Virus record (IMG/VR): IMGVR_UViG_3300031867_000001
Span: 32,001 to 96,000 of that record
Reading direction: 5' to 3' (one strand)
Length of the DNA stretch: 64,000 bases
Source of the DNA: a virus
Taxonomy: Duplodnaviria > Caudoviricetes
Below the pieces are notes generated by a model. That model saw only the letters and a program-made list of their open reading frames with translations. It made no database searches and was not told the DNA's origin. Position numbers and translations under genes: made by a program. This document shows positions 46,849 to 57,162 of this stretch, one piece after another (the first letter of the stretch is position 1; every line of letters starts with the position of its first letter).

Positions 46849-48492
46849 TCAATCCTTCATGCGTTCAAACAACATTGTGATCATGTCCAGTAAATCAATC
46901 GTCATTTGATTTGCATCATATACCAATGGAACATTTAACAACGATGGATCATTATGATTCACAATCGTGTATGATGTCATAACACTTTGAATGATACGTT
47001 CGATGTATACATTCGCATTCTTCTCACTCAACAGATACTGTTTCAGATTATTCAATCGAACATACTTCTTGATGTTGTTCATATCTTTCAAGGTCAATGA
47101 ACGTGTAGATGTAGACACAGTCTTTGCTGTAAGAATATTGATCAATGGACTGTTTACGGTATCTGCTTCTGTTAATCCATAAATGTCCATCACCAAATGT
47201 CTGACATACAGCAACAAGAAGTACTTCTGTTTCATGCTCAGGATATCCGTGCTGATGGACGAATGGAATTTGTTATACAGCACAGTCGATATCAAACTCT
47301 TGCTCAAATCATTCATCTGAATCAGATTCTGTAAATAGAAATCAACCGAAGATACATCAGTGGTTACAATGATCTTACCAATGATATTGTTCAAGTCAAG
47401 ATAAATCGCCGTATACTCTCCAGGATTAAAGGATCTGATGACACTGATTGGTGCAGAGGATGAAACGTTATCAGCCAATAATTGTGAAATGTCATCATCC
47501 ACATTTACCAAGTGATATCTCAACTGCACTTTTCGTGTGAGCTGTGTTGCACGGGAGACAACCGATTTGATCAAACCAACGCATGAGAATGTTGGGCGTT
47601 TATTCAAGGAATCCCATTCTGATGCAAATGTCAGTTTAATCAATCCTTCACACAACAAGGTCTTGTGCATAATACCCTGAGTGGTTCCAGGTGCAGTTAC
47701 TCCTTCTACTGCGCGCATTTCAAATATATTGGAATTGGACGAGATGCACTGCAAAACATTTTTGTTCACGTAGTTGTACAGTCTGACATACATGTTCGGA
47801 TTGATTTTGTCCATGATATACTTGAATGCTTTTGCAAACAACTCCACCAGATCTTTTGGAGAATTACCAGTGGAAATGATGAAGTGTTCGACATAAATAT
47901 GCATAATCTTAATCATGAAAGATACTGCATACATGTCTCTCAACATTTCAGGAGGGAATAAACCAACGACATTATCACCGACATTGTTGTCATCAACCAT
48001 TTCGAAGATCTTCTTCATGGTTCGTTCCGGAAACAATTCATCATAGATGTCTTTGAAGAATTCATCAAATGTGACGATTGTGTACATCTGTGAATCCGTT
48101 TTATATTTTGCAATCAACATACTTGTCAACAAATCATTGTCATCATCATACAATGCCGTGAAGAAGTTGATCTGTTCACAAATCAAGTTCTGAATCTCAA
48201 GACGTTTACTTCTCAACTGGAAGATCTGAATGTCTGGATCTGGAAGTTGGTTTGGAAATATCAAGTCCCAATTGACAATGATATGAGCACCATTATGACG
48301 TACAATGACATCTTCAGGAATTGGGTTCCATCTGATGAATCTGGTCTTTTTGTACTTACGACCATCCGCACCAGTGGGAAATCCATTATATGGATATTCT
48401 GTTCCATGATGAATGTTATACGTATATGTCTCCTCCGGATCATATGTGTATACCAAAGTCTTGTTCACAACATCGGGCTTTTTCTTCCCCAT
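46849..48492 (-). CDS. Probable non-virion RNAP specificity subunit (phiKZ gp68 / AR9 gp226-like)
   Basis: 547 aa helical protein adjacent to beta'; overall pattern recalled from jumbo-phage sigma-like subunits, not verified. Confidence 0.4.
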   Translation of the reverse strand: MGKKKPDVVNKTLVYTYDPEETYTYNIHHGTEYPYNGFPTGADGRKYKKTRFIRWNPIPEDVIVRHNGAHIIVNWDLIFPNQLPDPDIQIFQLRSKRLEIQNLICEQINFFTALYDDDNDLLTSMLIAKYKTDSQMYTIVTFDEFFKDIYDELFPERTMKKIFEMVDDNNVGDNVVGLFPPEMLRDMYAVSFMIKIMHIYVEHFIISTGNSPKDLVELFAKAFKYIMDKINPNMYVRLYNYVNKNVLQCISSNSNIFEMRAVEGVTAPGTTQGIMHKTLLCEGLIKLTFASEWDSLNKRPTFSCVGLIKSVVSRATQLTRKVQLRYHLVNVDDDISQLLADNVSSSAPISVIRSFNPGEYTAIYLDLNNIIGKIIVTTDVSSVDFYLQNLIQMNDLSKSLISTVLYNKFHSSISTDILSMKQKYFLLLYVRHLVMDIYGLTEADTVNSPLINILTAKTVSTSTRSLTLKDMNNIKKYVRLNNLKQYLLSEKNANVYIERIIQSVMTSYTIVNHNDPSLLNVPLVYDANQMTIDLLDMITMLFERMKD

Positions 48493-48524
48493 TTCTATTC
48501 ACTCCTTCTTTGTAAATATTTATG

Positions 48525-49157
48525 TCAAACATTTGTGATTCCACCGGATAAGATTCCTGTGTAAAATACAAACTTACCACTCTTACGCAATCGCTCATCG
48601 ATCTTACGTTCAATGATGGATTTCACGTAAATGAAGTCATCAACAATTGTCAATACAAATGGTGTTTTAATCTCCAAACATTTCTCAATGTTTGTTGGTG
48701 ATGAAGTAATATAAGTTATGTTAGGTTTATCGGATAAGATGGGGATCAAGTCCCCGTGTATATACTTCAATGATGGTGTTTCAAATGATTTTAACATTTT
48801 CTCAATGCCTGGTAAGTATGTGTCTGAATAAAGATATAATTCTGAAATGTTTTGTTTTCTCGCTTCTTGAATAATTTTATATGGGTAAATGAAATTTGGT
48901 ACAACCATTTGAACACTGTCTCTGGCGTCCATATAATTGAAATCAATCGAAAATTCCTTCTTAATCCATGAATTGATATCATATGTTTCGCGGTTGAGAT
49001 AGCTTAGGAGGATGTCCTCAAGGGACATCCTCTTCATCGCTTCTGTACATTTGTTTTTATTTATCATATAACTGATAATGTTGAAACCAATGGCGCTAAC
49101 CACATCTTCATATTGAATGATCAATCCATCTTTTCCAATGAATGATAAATCAATCAT
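48525..49157 (-). CDS. Hypothetical protein (possibly degenerate HAD-like fold)
   Basis: 210 aa in the replication/transcription block. Confidence 0.6.
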   Translation of the reverse strand: MIDLSFIGKDGLIIQYEDVVSAIGFNIISYMINKNKCTEAMKRMSLEDILLSYLNRETYDINSWIKKEFSIDFNYMDARDSVQMVVPNFIYPYKIIQEARKQNISELYLYSDTYLPGIEKMLKSFETPSLKYIHGDLIPILSDKPNITYITSSPTNIEKCLEIKTPFVLTIVDDFIYVKSIIERKIDERLRKSGKFVFYTGILSGGITNV

Positions 49158-49176
49158 ACGATGTCACCCCATGTGA

Positions 49177-49773
49177 TTACATGTTGTCATCACTGTTAAC
49201 AGGGAACTCTTCTGGATCAAGCTTTCTGCGCTTGCCCTTCTCGTAAGCGATCTCGCAGTAATCCTTAATCAGCTCCCAATCACCAAAGTGGTATTTGTCA
49301 CCAACCTTGGTTCCCTTGAATGTGATCGAACGTTCACCAATCTTGTTGTCGTTCAGAGTGAACTTAACGGAAGATCCCTGTCCAACAATCGTAAGAACGC
49401 TCTTGTTATTGAATTCAAAACGAATGCTTGCGGCACCGGGATCGTTGATTTCGTCAAGAACATTTCTGATGACTGCAACATCACCCGGATACAAGAACAG
49501 TCTCGGAAGCTCCTTCGGGGGTTTCTGTTCGTAAACGTCCTTACCATTTGCAGGATCCTTACCAACAGACTGCTTGATTCCGATGAGGGTGAACATAGCA
49601 GAACCGGCATTCCAGATCGAGATGTCCATAATTCCATCAGATCCGTACAGTTTACCGACCGGGAAGTTCTTCTTCTGCTGCTGTGGCTGCTGCTGGTTGT
49701 TACCACCACCATTGTTGTTGTTGTACTGGTTGTTGCTGTTGGAATTAAATCCATTTCCATTGTTAAAACCCAT
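49177..49773 (-). CDS. Hypothetical protein with N/Q/G-rich N-terminus (possible ssDNA-binding protein)
   Basis: Low-complexity N-terminus, beta-rich core, acidic tail. Confidence 0.55.
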   Translation of the reverse strand: MGFNNGNGFNSNSNNQYNNNNGGGNNQQQPQQQKKNFPVGKLYGSDGIMDISIWNAGSAMFTLIGIKQSVGKDPANGKDVYEQKPPKELPRLFLYPGDVAVIRNVLDEINDPGAASIRFEFNNKSVLTIVGQGSSVKFTLNDNKIGERSITFKGTKVGDKYHFGDWELIKDYCEIAYEKGKRRKLDPEEFPVNSDDNM

Positions 49774-49832
49774 AAGTATTCCTCCTTAAAAGAATATAAT
49801 ATAGTATATTAAAGTACACACTGGATTCAATA

Positions 49833-50366
49833 TTATTCATCTTCATCATATAGATGCATAATATCATTTACCGTAAATTGGATACTGGTTAAATCATTTT
49901 TCCGAAGTCCAAACTGTGTCGACAAGAAGTTGTCAGTGTCTTCTTCAAACTCATCAAACCAATCCTTTTTCGATAACTGTTCCAGTGTATATGTACTTAC
50001 GGCTTTGATCAATTCATACAGATTCAACGCATGATCCATTAACGTATCAACATCGTTGATGTTAGTTGGTTCAATACCAAGTTTCTGCTTAATAGAATTG
50101 ATAATATCAATCAATGAAGTTAATGTTTCTCCAATGATGAAATTTCGTAATTGCAAATATGACGGAAAATTATCCGTCACATCTGCTTTGTGTTTATCCA
50201 ACACATCTAACATGTCATTCAATTGATCGATCAAACAATTCAAGTTGATCTTCCATTCATCGGGATCAACAAAGATTGCATCACCGTCAATCTGATATAT
50301 CTGATCAGTCAAGTCATAACGACAACCAGAATACTGTTCAATCCAGTTGTAAAATTCATCCCACAT
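49833..50366 (-). CDS. Acidic hypothetical protein
   Basis: RBS AAAGGAG. Confidence 0.65.
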   Translation of the reverse strand: MWDEFYNWIEQYSGCRYDLTDQIYQIDGDAIFVDPDEWKINLNCLIDQLNDMLDVLDKHKADVTDNFPSYLQLRNFIIGETLTSLIDIINSIKQKLGIEPTNINDVDTLMDHALNLYELIKAVSTYTLEQLSKKDWFDEFEEDTDNFLSTQFGLRKNDLTSIQFTVNDIMHLYDEDE

Positions 50367-50391
50367 ACATTACATCTCCTTTTGTTGTATA

Positions 50392-52353
50392 TTAAATGTA
50401 TATCATCCGTGCTGCTGTGCATCCACCCTTTGTATCAACAATTACAACATCAAACAATCCAAGCAACTGTTTAAATGGTGTTAATAATTTATCGACAACA
50501 AAGTCTGGATCAATTGCACCAGATAACCAATCTGGGATTTCTTCATATGTTTCTGGCAGACTTATATATGGATCTTTCTTATGTGATGGATCTTCTGCTG
50601 ACAATAACTCATACAGACGTCTCATTGTCGGATTCATATTCCGTTCCATAAATGCATATGATAATGGAATGACAAATACTCGATCCATTGGCAAGATCTT
50701 TTCATCAGGAAACATATTATTCCAGATAATTGCACCACGCATTTGTGATGGTAATGTTTTTGTTGGATCATATGATTCTACTTTCTTTGTACTTTGTGTT
50801 TTATGATATGAAGTAACACGTGTGACAAGTGGCAATAACTTTTCTTTCAATGCTTCATATTCATCCAACAATGCAGCGACATTGATCTTTTCGGTTGTTA
50901 ATACATATTTATCATGCAATTCCAACATGATTGGTTCCAAGAATTCTGCTGAATCACGTTTCTTGAATGATAATCCAGTTACGGAAATATTATGGATATT
51001 TCTTAAATGTCCTTCTTGAACCATACACGATGCAGAATACATCTTCTTGGCAAACAGTGACATGGATAAGAATGCAAACTCATTCTTGAATACAAACTTA
51101 TCTCTGTAATATTTGTCTTTGATTCCCATGTTGTTTGTAATGTTTTCAACCATTTTCGGAATGACTGCTTCAACAATTAATCTCATACCAAATGCGGATG
51201 CGATTAAGCAAGAGTCACGGAAGTTATCCACGTGTGCTTGGAACTCATCCAGGAAATGTGCGAAATGTACCATGAGTGAATCTGTATCTGTTACACATAC
51301 AATCAATCGAGTCATGGATGCCGCACGTGCTTCACCATCATTGACAATGTATGGATACACACAATTATCCAATATCATCTTCATGATATATCTCATATCA
51401 GATTCAATCTCAGGTGGCATCTTAACACCATAACCTGCTTTGAATACAGATTCATCTGTTAAGTCTTTCGAGAAATCCATTTTGTTTAATTTCAAATAAT
51501 GCATAACGGATTCCACATGATGATGCAGATACATTGTCAAAACCAATCTCATATTATATGCCAACATCAATTGATTCTTTTGTGACTGTGGTAATGTGTC
51601 GATATACTTTGTTAATTGCTTCCGATCACTCATGGACGGATGATAAACCATTGCCAACAATCTATTGGTGACTTGTTCGGTTGTGAACGAACCACCAAAC
51701 AAATCACGGTTTGTTGTATCAGTTGTTAATACAATTCGAATGAAATCATACAGTTCGTTGATACCATTCAACAACGCCCATTTGTTTCTGTTGGCAGATA
51801 ATAATTCCAGACAACAAATTAAGGTTGTTGTCATATTTTTGGCAGTACCTGCTGTAGCTGGTGGAATGTATACTGAATAGAATGGTGATAAGGTGGTTCC
51901 GGATCCACCATAATCCGCATTCATAATGACTTTGACATTACCTTGACCAACATCCAAGTTTTTGTATTCAATGGATGATGGTTCAAACTGATACATCTGT
52001 TTCTTTAAAATCCCTCGATTGTTACCTTCGGTCTCCAAGAATAATACAGTCGGAGATAAGTATTCTTCATGTTGTTTGAAGAATGTTGCATTACCAGAAA
52101 TGATCGGTTCTGTTTCATCAATCCAATCAAATACTTTGGTCATGGTTGTGTCAAAACATTCGTGAGTCATATTATTATCCATTTTACACGGAATGTCAAT
52201 GAATCTGTCTTCGACATGTCTTCTGACAATTTCGTATACACGAGAACGATCTATGTTCGGATGCATTCTCATATACATCTCACATACTTCGTTCTCATAT
52301 GTTTCCACTATATTCATTTTACCACTCTCTTTCATTTTTATTGGGGTGATCAT
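50392..52353 (-). CDS. Family B DNA polymerase, polymerase-domain subunit (split, jumbo-phage type)
   Basis: KVIMNADYG (motif B), TDTDS (motif C), KKMY, GLSFKK; no exonuclease domain recognised; true start may be ~52317. Confidence 0.82.
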   Translation of the reverse strand: MITPIKMKESGKMNIVETYENEVCEMYMRMHPNIDRSRVYEIVRRHVEDRFIDIPCKMDNNMTHECFDTTMTKVFDWIDETEPIISGNATFFKQHEEYLSPTVLFLETEGNNRGILKKQMYQFEPSSIEYKNLDVGQGNVKVIMNADYGGSGTTLSPFYSVYIPPATAGTAKNMTTTLICCLELLSANRNKWALLNGINELYDFIRIVLTTDTTNRDLFGGSFTTEQVTNRLLAMVYHPSMSDRKQLTKYIDTLPQSQKNQLMLAYNMRLVLTMYLHHHVESVMHYLKLNKMDFSKDLTDESVFKAGYGVKMPPEIESDMRYIMKMILDNCVYPYIVNDGEARAASMTRLIVCVTDTDSLMVHFAHFLDEFQAHVDNFRDSCLIASAFGMRLIVEAVIPKMVENITNNMGIKDKYYRDKFVFKNEFAFLSMSLFAKKMYSASCMVQEGHLRNIHNISVTGLSFKKRDSAEFLEPIMLELHDKYVLTTEKINVAALLDEYEALKEKLLPLVTRVTSYHKTQSTKKVESYDPTKTLPSQMRGAIIWNNMFPDEKILPMDRVFVIPLSYAFMERNMNPTMRRLYELLSAEDPSHKKDPYISLPETYEEIPDWLSGAIDPDFVVDKLLTPFKQLLGLFDVVIVDTKGGCTAARMIYI

Positions 52354-52500
52354 ATGGATTATAATGATCTTCAGAATAAACCAACCATCAACGATGTTGA
52401 AGTCGTTGGTGATATGACGTTGGAAGATATTGGTATTGTCGAACTAACACCAGAAATGGTTGCTGACATATATCTTGAAACGTTTGGATTTATTCTGTAA
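52354..52500 (+). CDS. Small phage protein (YNDLxNKPxIN motif)
   Basis: MDYNDLQNKPTINDVEVVGDMTLEDIGI; RBS GGGGTG. Confidence 0.55.
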   Translation: MDYNDLQNKPTINDVEVVGDMTLEDIGIVELTPEMVADIYLETFGFIL

Positions 52501-52585
52501 TCAATATAAAATAAACGGCAGTATTCTGTCGTTCATTATAAGAATATACTTATTCTAAAAAATAATTTTTCAGGAGGTTTTACTT

Positions 52586-55500
52586 ATGCTTGAATACATT
52601 AAGCGTCAGATTGCTGAAAAACAAAAAGCCAATCAGAATGTAAGTCAAGTTGTTGATCCCACTGATCAGCTTGATAGTGCTATCTTGGAATATGCACATC
52701 TTGCGGATGAATTATCTGACTTGACCATGGAAGGACATAATGCATTACGTGAACGACCAATTCTTGATATTCCGATTGAAGATGATGTTGAATTGGATTC
52801 TATTGAGATGTCAATCACCAGTGGTAGAATCATGGATGTTCCTGCTGATATTACTGCTATGGAACATGCATATGAAGATCAGAAGACATTCAATGACTTC
52901 TTCCAGGAGGCATACAAAAATACCGGTCGGTTGACACGTGAGAGTGATGCTCATTATTCTGAAAGAGTTATGAATATTGCCGATAAGGAATATCATGCTT
53001 ATATGGAATACGTCATCCAAGAAGGATTGTTTGGTAATGACATGCTTTCGATTAACGATGATCGTGTTCCTGCTTCGATTATGGTCGACTTTGGTAAGTA
53101 CTCTGGTGGAAATTATATCACCAAGATTCCGGTTGGCTTTGAATGTGATCATAATAACAAGGTCAATATCAATCAGATTCATGCAGTTACCATTTCTCAG
53201 AACATGCGTGTATTTGCACATGTTGCTGAATTCTTGGCAAACCAGATCCATACGAACCAGCACATCAATATTCGTGGATCTGTATGGGACGTTGCTACTC
53301 CAGTCATGATGATTGTTCCAAAGTTTACCGGCAGATACACCACCATTGTGAAGTTTGAGATTGAGGGTGGAACGGACGAGTTCGTTTCTTGGAGCATTGA
53401 AGAAAGCAAGATTCGTAAGTCCAAGAATGAAGCACTTGATCTGAACAAGATTGAAGGTGTTGAATCTCCAGTTGAGAAGTATGATACTAAGAAGGTATCC
53501 TCTATGCATCTCACCTTCAAGGATAAGAACAAACCCATCAACGAATATGTTGCTCCAAAGAAGATTCCTTCTCGTTGGGATCTGTATAATGATAATACCG
53601 ATTATGACTATATCGAAGAGAGTACATCCAGTGATATCACATGGACACTCATTGGTTGTATGGCAGCCGGTGCTGCAGTTGGTGGTGTTGTAGGTGCTGG
53701 TATTGGTGCGGCTGTTAGTACTTTAGACGTTCTCCTTGCAAGTATGGCATATGGTGGAGCAATTGGTGGAATGCTCGGTACAACTGCAGGTTCATGGGCG
53801 GCTGTTTATAAGATTCGCGATAATGTACCAACGCTGTTTGCAAAGAACATTACCAAAGCAATTTCGAAGTGTGTAAAGATTGCAAACGAAAGTCCATCTT
53901 CTGAAGAAGTATACATTTCTGAATTGAAGAAGTTCAAGAAAGCAAATAAGAAACTCAGCAATGAGTTAAGAATATGGGATCCCGAGAATGCTAAGAGATG
54001 GGATACTCATACCATGTACAATGATTACACCAGCAATCGGGTTCCAGAGAACGTAAGAACAGCTTTGAAGAAGGCAACCGAAAAGGTTGGTGAAATGATA
54101 CTTTCTCTTGAAGCTGGTAAACAGAAATTTGAGAAGAAGTTCCTGAATGAATACCTTGAATCACTGAATGATTTGCTTGATGCAATTTGGTGCAAGAATG
54201 ATGAAGCGAAAATCAAGTCTGAAGGTTATTATGCGTTGACGCTTGATGAAGTCATTCAAGAGATGGCTGAAACCGATTTCATTCAAGAGGCAATTGACTT
54301 CGGCGGTGGTGATAATGCCGACACACCCCCAAGCGGTGACAACAGTGGAGTGAATGATGCAGGTGCTGCAACAAATGCTGGATCGAATGATACTGGGGAT
54401 TCTGGTAATATCGATCTTGGTGCAACGGATAATGCAAATAATGATGCTGCACCAACAGTTGATGCAGATGCACAAAAGGCAAATGTCAATGACGTAAGTG
54501 ATGCAATTGCTGCTAAGGTTTCTAATGAGACCAATAAGGACTCTGCAGATCTCGGTATGGATGCAGCTCCAACATTTGATTCCAATCCTGATGTGAAGCT
54601 GGATCTGGATTCCGCTGATGCTGGTTCTACTGATACAAGTAGTGAAGATGTGAATAATCTTGAACCCGATCTGTCCCAGGATTCTTCCAATGATATGGGA
54701 TCTACTGACAACTTCAACACTCAGGATGTTACTGGAAATGATTCGACCGAACCTTCTTCTGATGAAATGAAGGACGAGTTGAATGGTGATTTCGGTGACA
54801 ATACTGATGTAAATTCTTCTGATCTTGGTGGTGGATCTATGGACAATATCGATGATATGTCTATTGATGATTTACTTGCTAAGGGTGAAGATAAACTCAA
54901 GGGCATGTCCATTGCACAGTTGAAGGATTTCTTGAATGATGGTTTGGGTGAAGAAGAGTCTGCTACGGTTGAATATGCAACCGGTTTACAGAACTCTATC
55001 AAGAATCATGTGAGGAATTGCCTTGGTATTCTCAACACAACCAAGCTGAGTGTAAAAGATCTTGTTACGGCATTCAAGACCGAAGGTCATGAATTAAATA
55101 AGAAGCTGACTCTTGCAGGAAACTCTGATGAGATTAATGCTAATCAGAAGCTTATCTATGAGCAATGCAATAAAGCTTTGGCCAACTTACAAGCTAAATT
55201 GAAGGCAAATCCGTCTGAAAGTGATAAGGGTCCATTACAGAAAGCCATTGTTGATTTCTGCAGATCCAGTTCCAAGATTACTACAGAAGCTGCTGAAATC
55301 GAAGGCATTGATGAGAATGGTGTTGTAATTACTGAGTGGACACTGACGAAAGACTATATCAAGGGCATGACACCAAAACGTGAAACATTTGAGCGCCTTA
55401 TCAGAATGGCAGAAACTTACAAAAAGCAACTTGGTAATGGAAAGACAATTGAAGGAAAAGATTTTGCAGCTCTGAAAAGCAATACCGACAAATATCTGAA

Positions 55501-55987
55501 ATTTCTTGGAGCTGAATCCAAAATGTTATCACATGTTAGTCATGGATCAGATAATAGACGTTTAAACGCTGCCAAGCAAATTAAAAACGCTTATCATTCG
55601 GCATCAAATGGTTTTTCAAATGAGGAAGATGATGCATTGTTTAATGCAAAATTGAATAAGCAATTTGGAACTTCGACTCCTGAAGATGATGAAACTATCA
55701 ACAGACTTGGTGAAAAGAAACAAAAGCATTATGAAAGAATGTCGAAAATTGATAATGCCGATTACATGTTAAACGTTGAGGATTTCTCTTATTCAAGCAG
55801 AGCTGCATCAGAATTGAAGAATTTGAACAGTGTTGTTCGGCGTTTAATGTACTCTCTGCAAACCAGTATGTCTTATAATGGTAAGCCATATAAAGCACTC
55901 GACAGTGTATTCATTTCGTCAATTCGTAAATCAATTGACGAGTACATTTCCAAACACGAAGAATTCTTAAGACTGCTTAAGAAATAA
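52586..55987 (+). CDS. Large acidic probable virion/inner-head protein
   Basis: 1133 aa, D/G/N-rich disordered segment, repeated [FV][IF]QE[AGM] sites. Confidence 0.6.
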   Translation: MLEYIKRQIAEKQKANQNVSQVVDPTDQLDSAILEYAHLADELSDLTMEGHNALRERPILDIPIEDDVELDSIEMSITSGRIMDVPADITAMEHAYEDQKTFNDFFQEAYKNTGRLTRESDAHYSERVMNIADKEYHAYMEYVIQEGLFGNDMLSINDDRVPASIMVDFGKYSGGNYITKIPVGFECDHNNKVNINQIHAVTISQNMRVFAHVAEFLANQIHTNQHINIRGSVWDVATPVMMIVPKFTGRYTTIVKFEIEGGTDEFVSWSIEESKIRKSKNEALDLNKIEGVESPVEKYDTKKVSSMHLTFKDKNKPINEYVAPKKIPSRWDLYNDNTDYDYIEESTSSDITWTLIGCMAAGAAVGGVVGAGIGAAVSTLDVLLASMAYGGAIGGMLGTTAGSWAAVYKIRDNVPTLFAKNITKAISKCVKIANESPSSEEVYISELKKFKKANKKLSNELRIWDPENAKRWDTHTMYNDYTSNRVPENVRTALKKATEKVGEMILSLEAGKQKFEKKFLNEYLESLNDLLDAIWCKNDEAKIKSEGYYALTLDEVIQEMAETDFIQEAIDFGGGDNADTPPSGDNSGVNDAGAATNAGSNDTGDSGNIDLGATDNANNDAAPTVDADAQKANVNDVSDAIAAKVSNETNKDSADLGMDAAPTFDSNPDVKLDLDSADAGSTDTSSEDVNNLEPDLSQDSSNDMGSTDNFNTQDVTGNDSTEPSSDEMKDELNGDFGDNTDVNSSDLGGGSMDNIDDMSIDDLLAKGEDKLKGMSIAQLKDFLNDGLGEEESATVEYATGLQNSIKNHVRNCLGILNTTKLSVKDLVTAFKTEGHELNKKLTLAGNSDEINANQKLIYEQCNKALANLQAKLKANPSESDKGPLQKAIVDFCRSSSKITTEAAEIEGIDENGVVITEWTLTKDYIKGMTPKRETFERLIRMAETYKKQLGNGKTIEGKDFAALKSNTDKYLKFLGAESKMLSHVSHGSDNRRLNAAKQIKNAYHSASNGFSNEEDDALFNAKLNKQFGTSTPEDDETINRLGEKKQKHYERMSKIDNADYMLNVEDFSYSSRAASELKNLNSVVRRLMYSLQTSMSYNGKPYKALDSVFISSIRKSIDEYISKHEEFLRLLKK

Positions 55988-56007
55988 TTTAAGGAGGTTG
56001 AAATATA

Positions 56008-56811
56008 ATGGCTGAAGATATTAAAAATCTTTTGAATGATATTATCCATGATACGGATAACAACTCTTATCCGGACAAATATAATATCAATTCCGATAAT
56101 AAAGATAATGTCTTTGATAAGGCAGACTTCCGTGAGAAGCTCAGCATGAATGTTCTGAAAGACATTATCTCGGCAATGATGCATGATGAAACCAAGGATC
56201 TTGATGGAATGATTGATGATTCTATTAAGAGGCATATCGATACGAACTACAATGGTTCTTGCTACAATTACTTGACCAAGAGCTGTTGTGCACTTCATTC
56301 TCCGATGTTGGGCTCCATCATTCAGGAAATCAACAACAAGACAGAAGAGGTTGCAGAACAAGTTGAAGCAACTAAGAATTGTCCCAACTGTGTAACGGAA
56401 GCAGAACTGAAAACAAAGGAGCTGCTTGACAGTTGTGATGATGGTGAGACATATAAGGAATTCCGCAGACGTCTCCGTGATAAGGTATCCAGAGATATTG
56501 TCGAGGAAGTTTCCGGTTGCATCACGGATGGTAATGATACGCCAGAATTCGAGGATGTTGATAAGAAGATTGTTCAATCAGAACAGAAGAACGATACCGG
56601 TGACACACCTCCTGCACCAGAAGAGCCACAGACAGAATCTAAGATCATTCGGATGTGTGGTTCTATTGTACAGGAATCTGTAATGAACAATCATCCAATG
56701 TCAACTGAAGATGGTTTGAATAAAGCCATTATTGAATACTGCATTGTTCAAATGGATCGTTTGTTCAAACAGAACACAAACATTGATGGTTACAGCTTGT
56801 ATTTGAAATAA
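56008..56811 (+). CDS. Hypothetical protein (probable virion)
   Basis: RBS AAGGAGG. Confidence 0.65.
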   Translation: MAEDIKNLLNDIIHDTDNNSYPDKYNINSDNKDNVFDKADFREKLSMNVLKDIISAMMHDETKDLDGMIDDSIKRHIDTNYNGSCYNYLTKSCCALHSPMLGSIIQEINNKTEEVAEQVEATKNCPNCVTEAELKTKELLDSCDDGETYKEFRRRLRDKVSRDIVEEVSGCITDGNDTPEFEDVDKKIVQSEQKNDTGDTPPAPEEPQTESKIIRMCGSIVQESVMNNHPMSTEDGLNKAIIEYCIVQMDRLFKQNTNIDGYSLYLK

Positions 56812-57162
56812 TGACATGATATGTATCGGGGGCTTTAAGCCCCCGATATAATCATTTGAATTGTTTTGTAAATATTGGGTGGAGCATTGGCAATTTACTC
56901 CACCCAAAAAAGAAGGAGGAACGGTTGACACGCAGATTCACGTGTCATCATCATGCAGAAGCAATTGCAAACGATGATTAATCAATTGTAACATAACGAA
57001 GTTCCCGATACCGCGCCACCCCTATTGGGGTGACGTGTATAAATCGGGAATTTACAAAATAGGAGGTTGTCGCACCAAGACTACATGAACAACTCGCATC
57101 ATGCAATTATGGTACAAATATAAGCACTATGACACTTAAGCTTATATTACACCATTGTTTTA

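Noticed and set aside
52351-52356. Back-to-back divergent start codons (CATATG) of polB and the small ORF
   Set aside because: polB more likely starts further in (MNIVET, ~52317, after a purine-rich RBS-like tract), so the coincidence is probably not meaningful.
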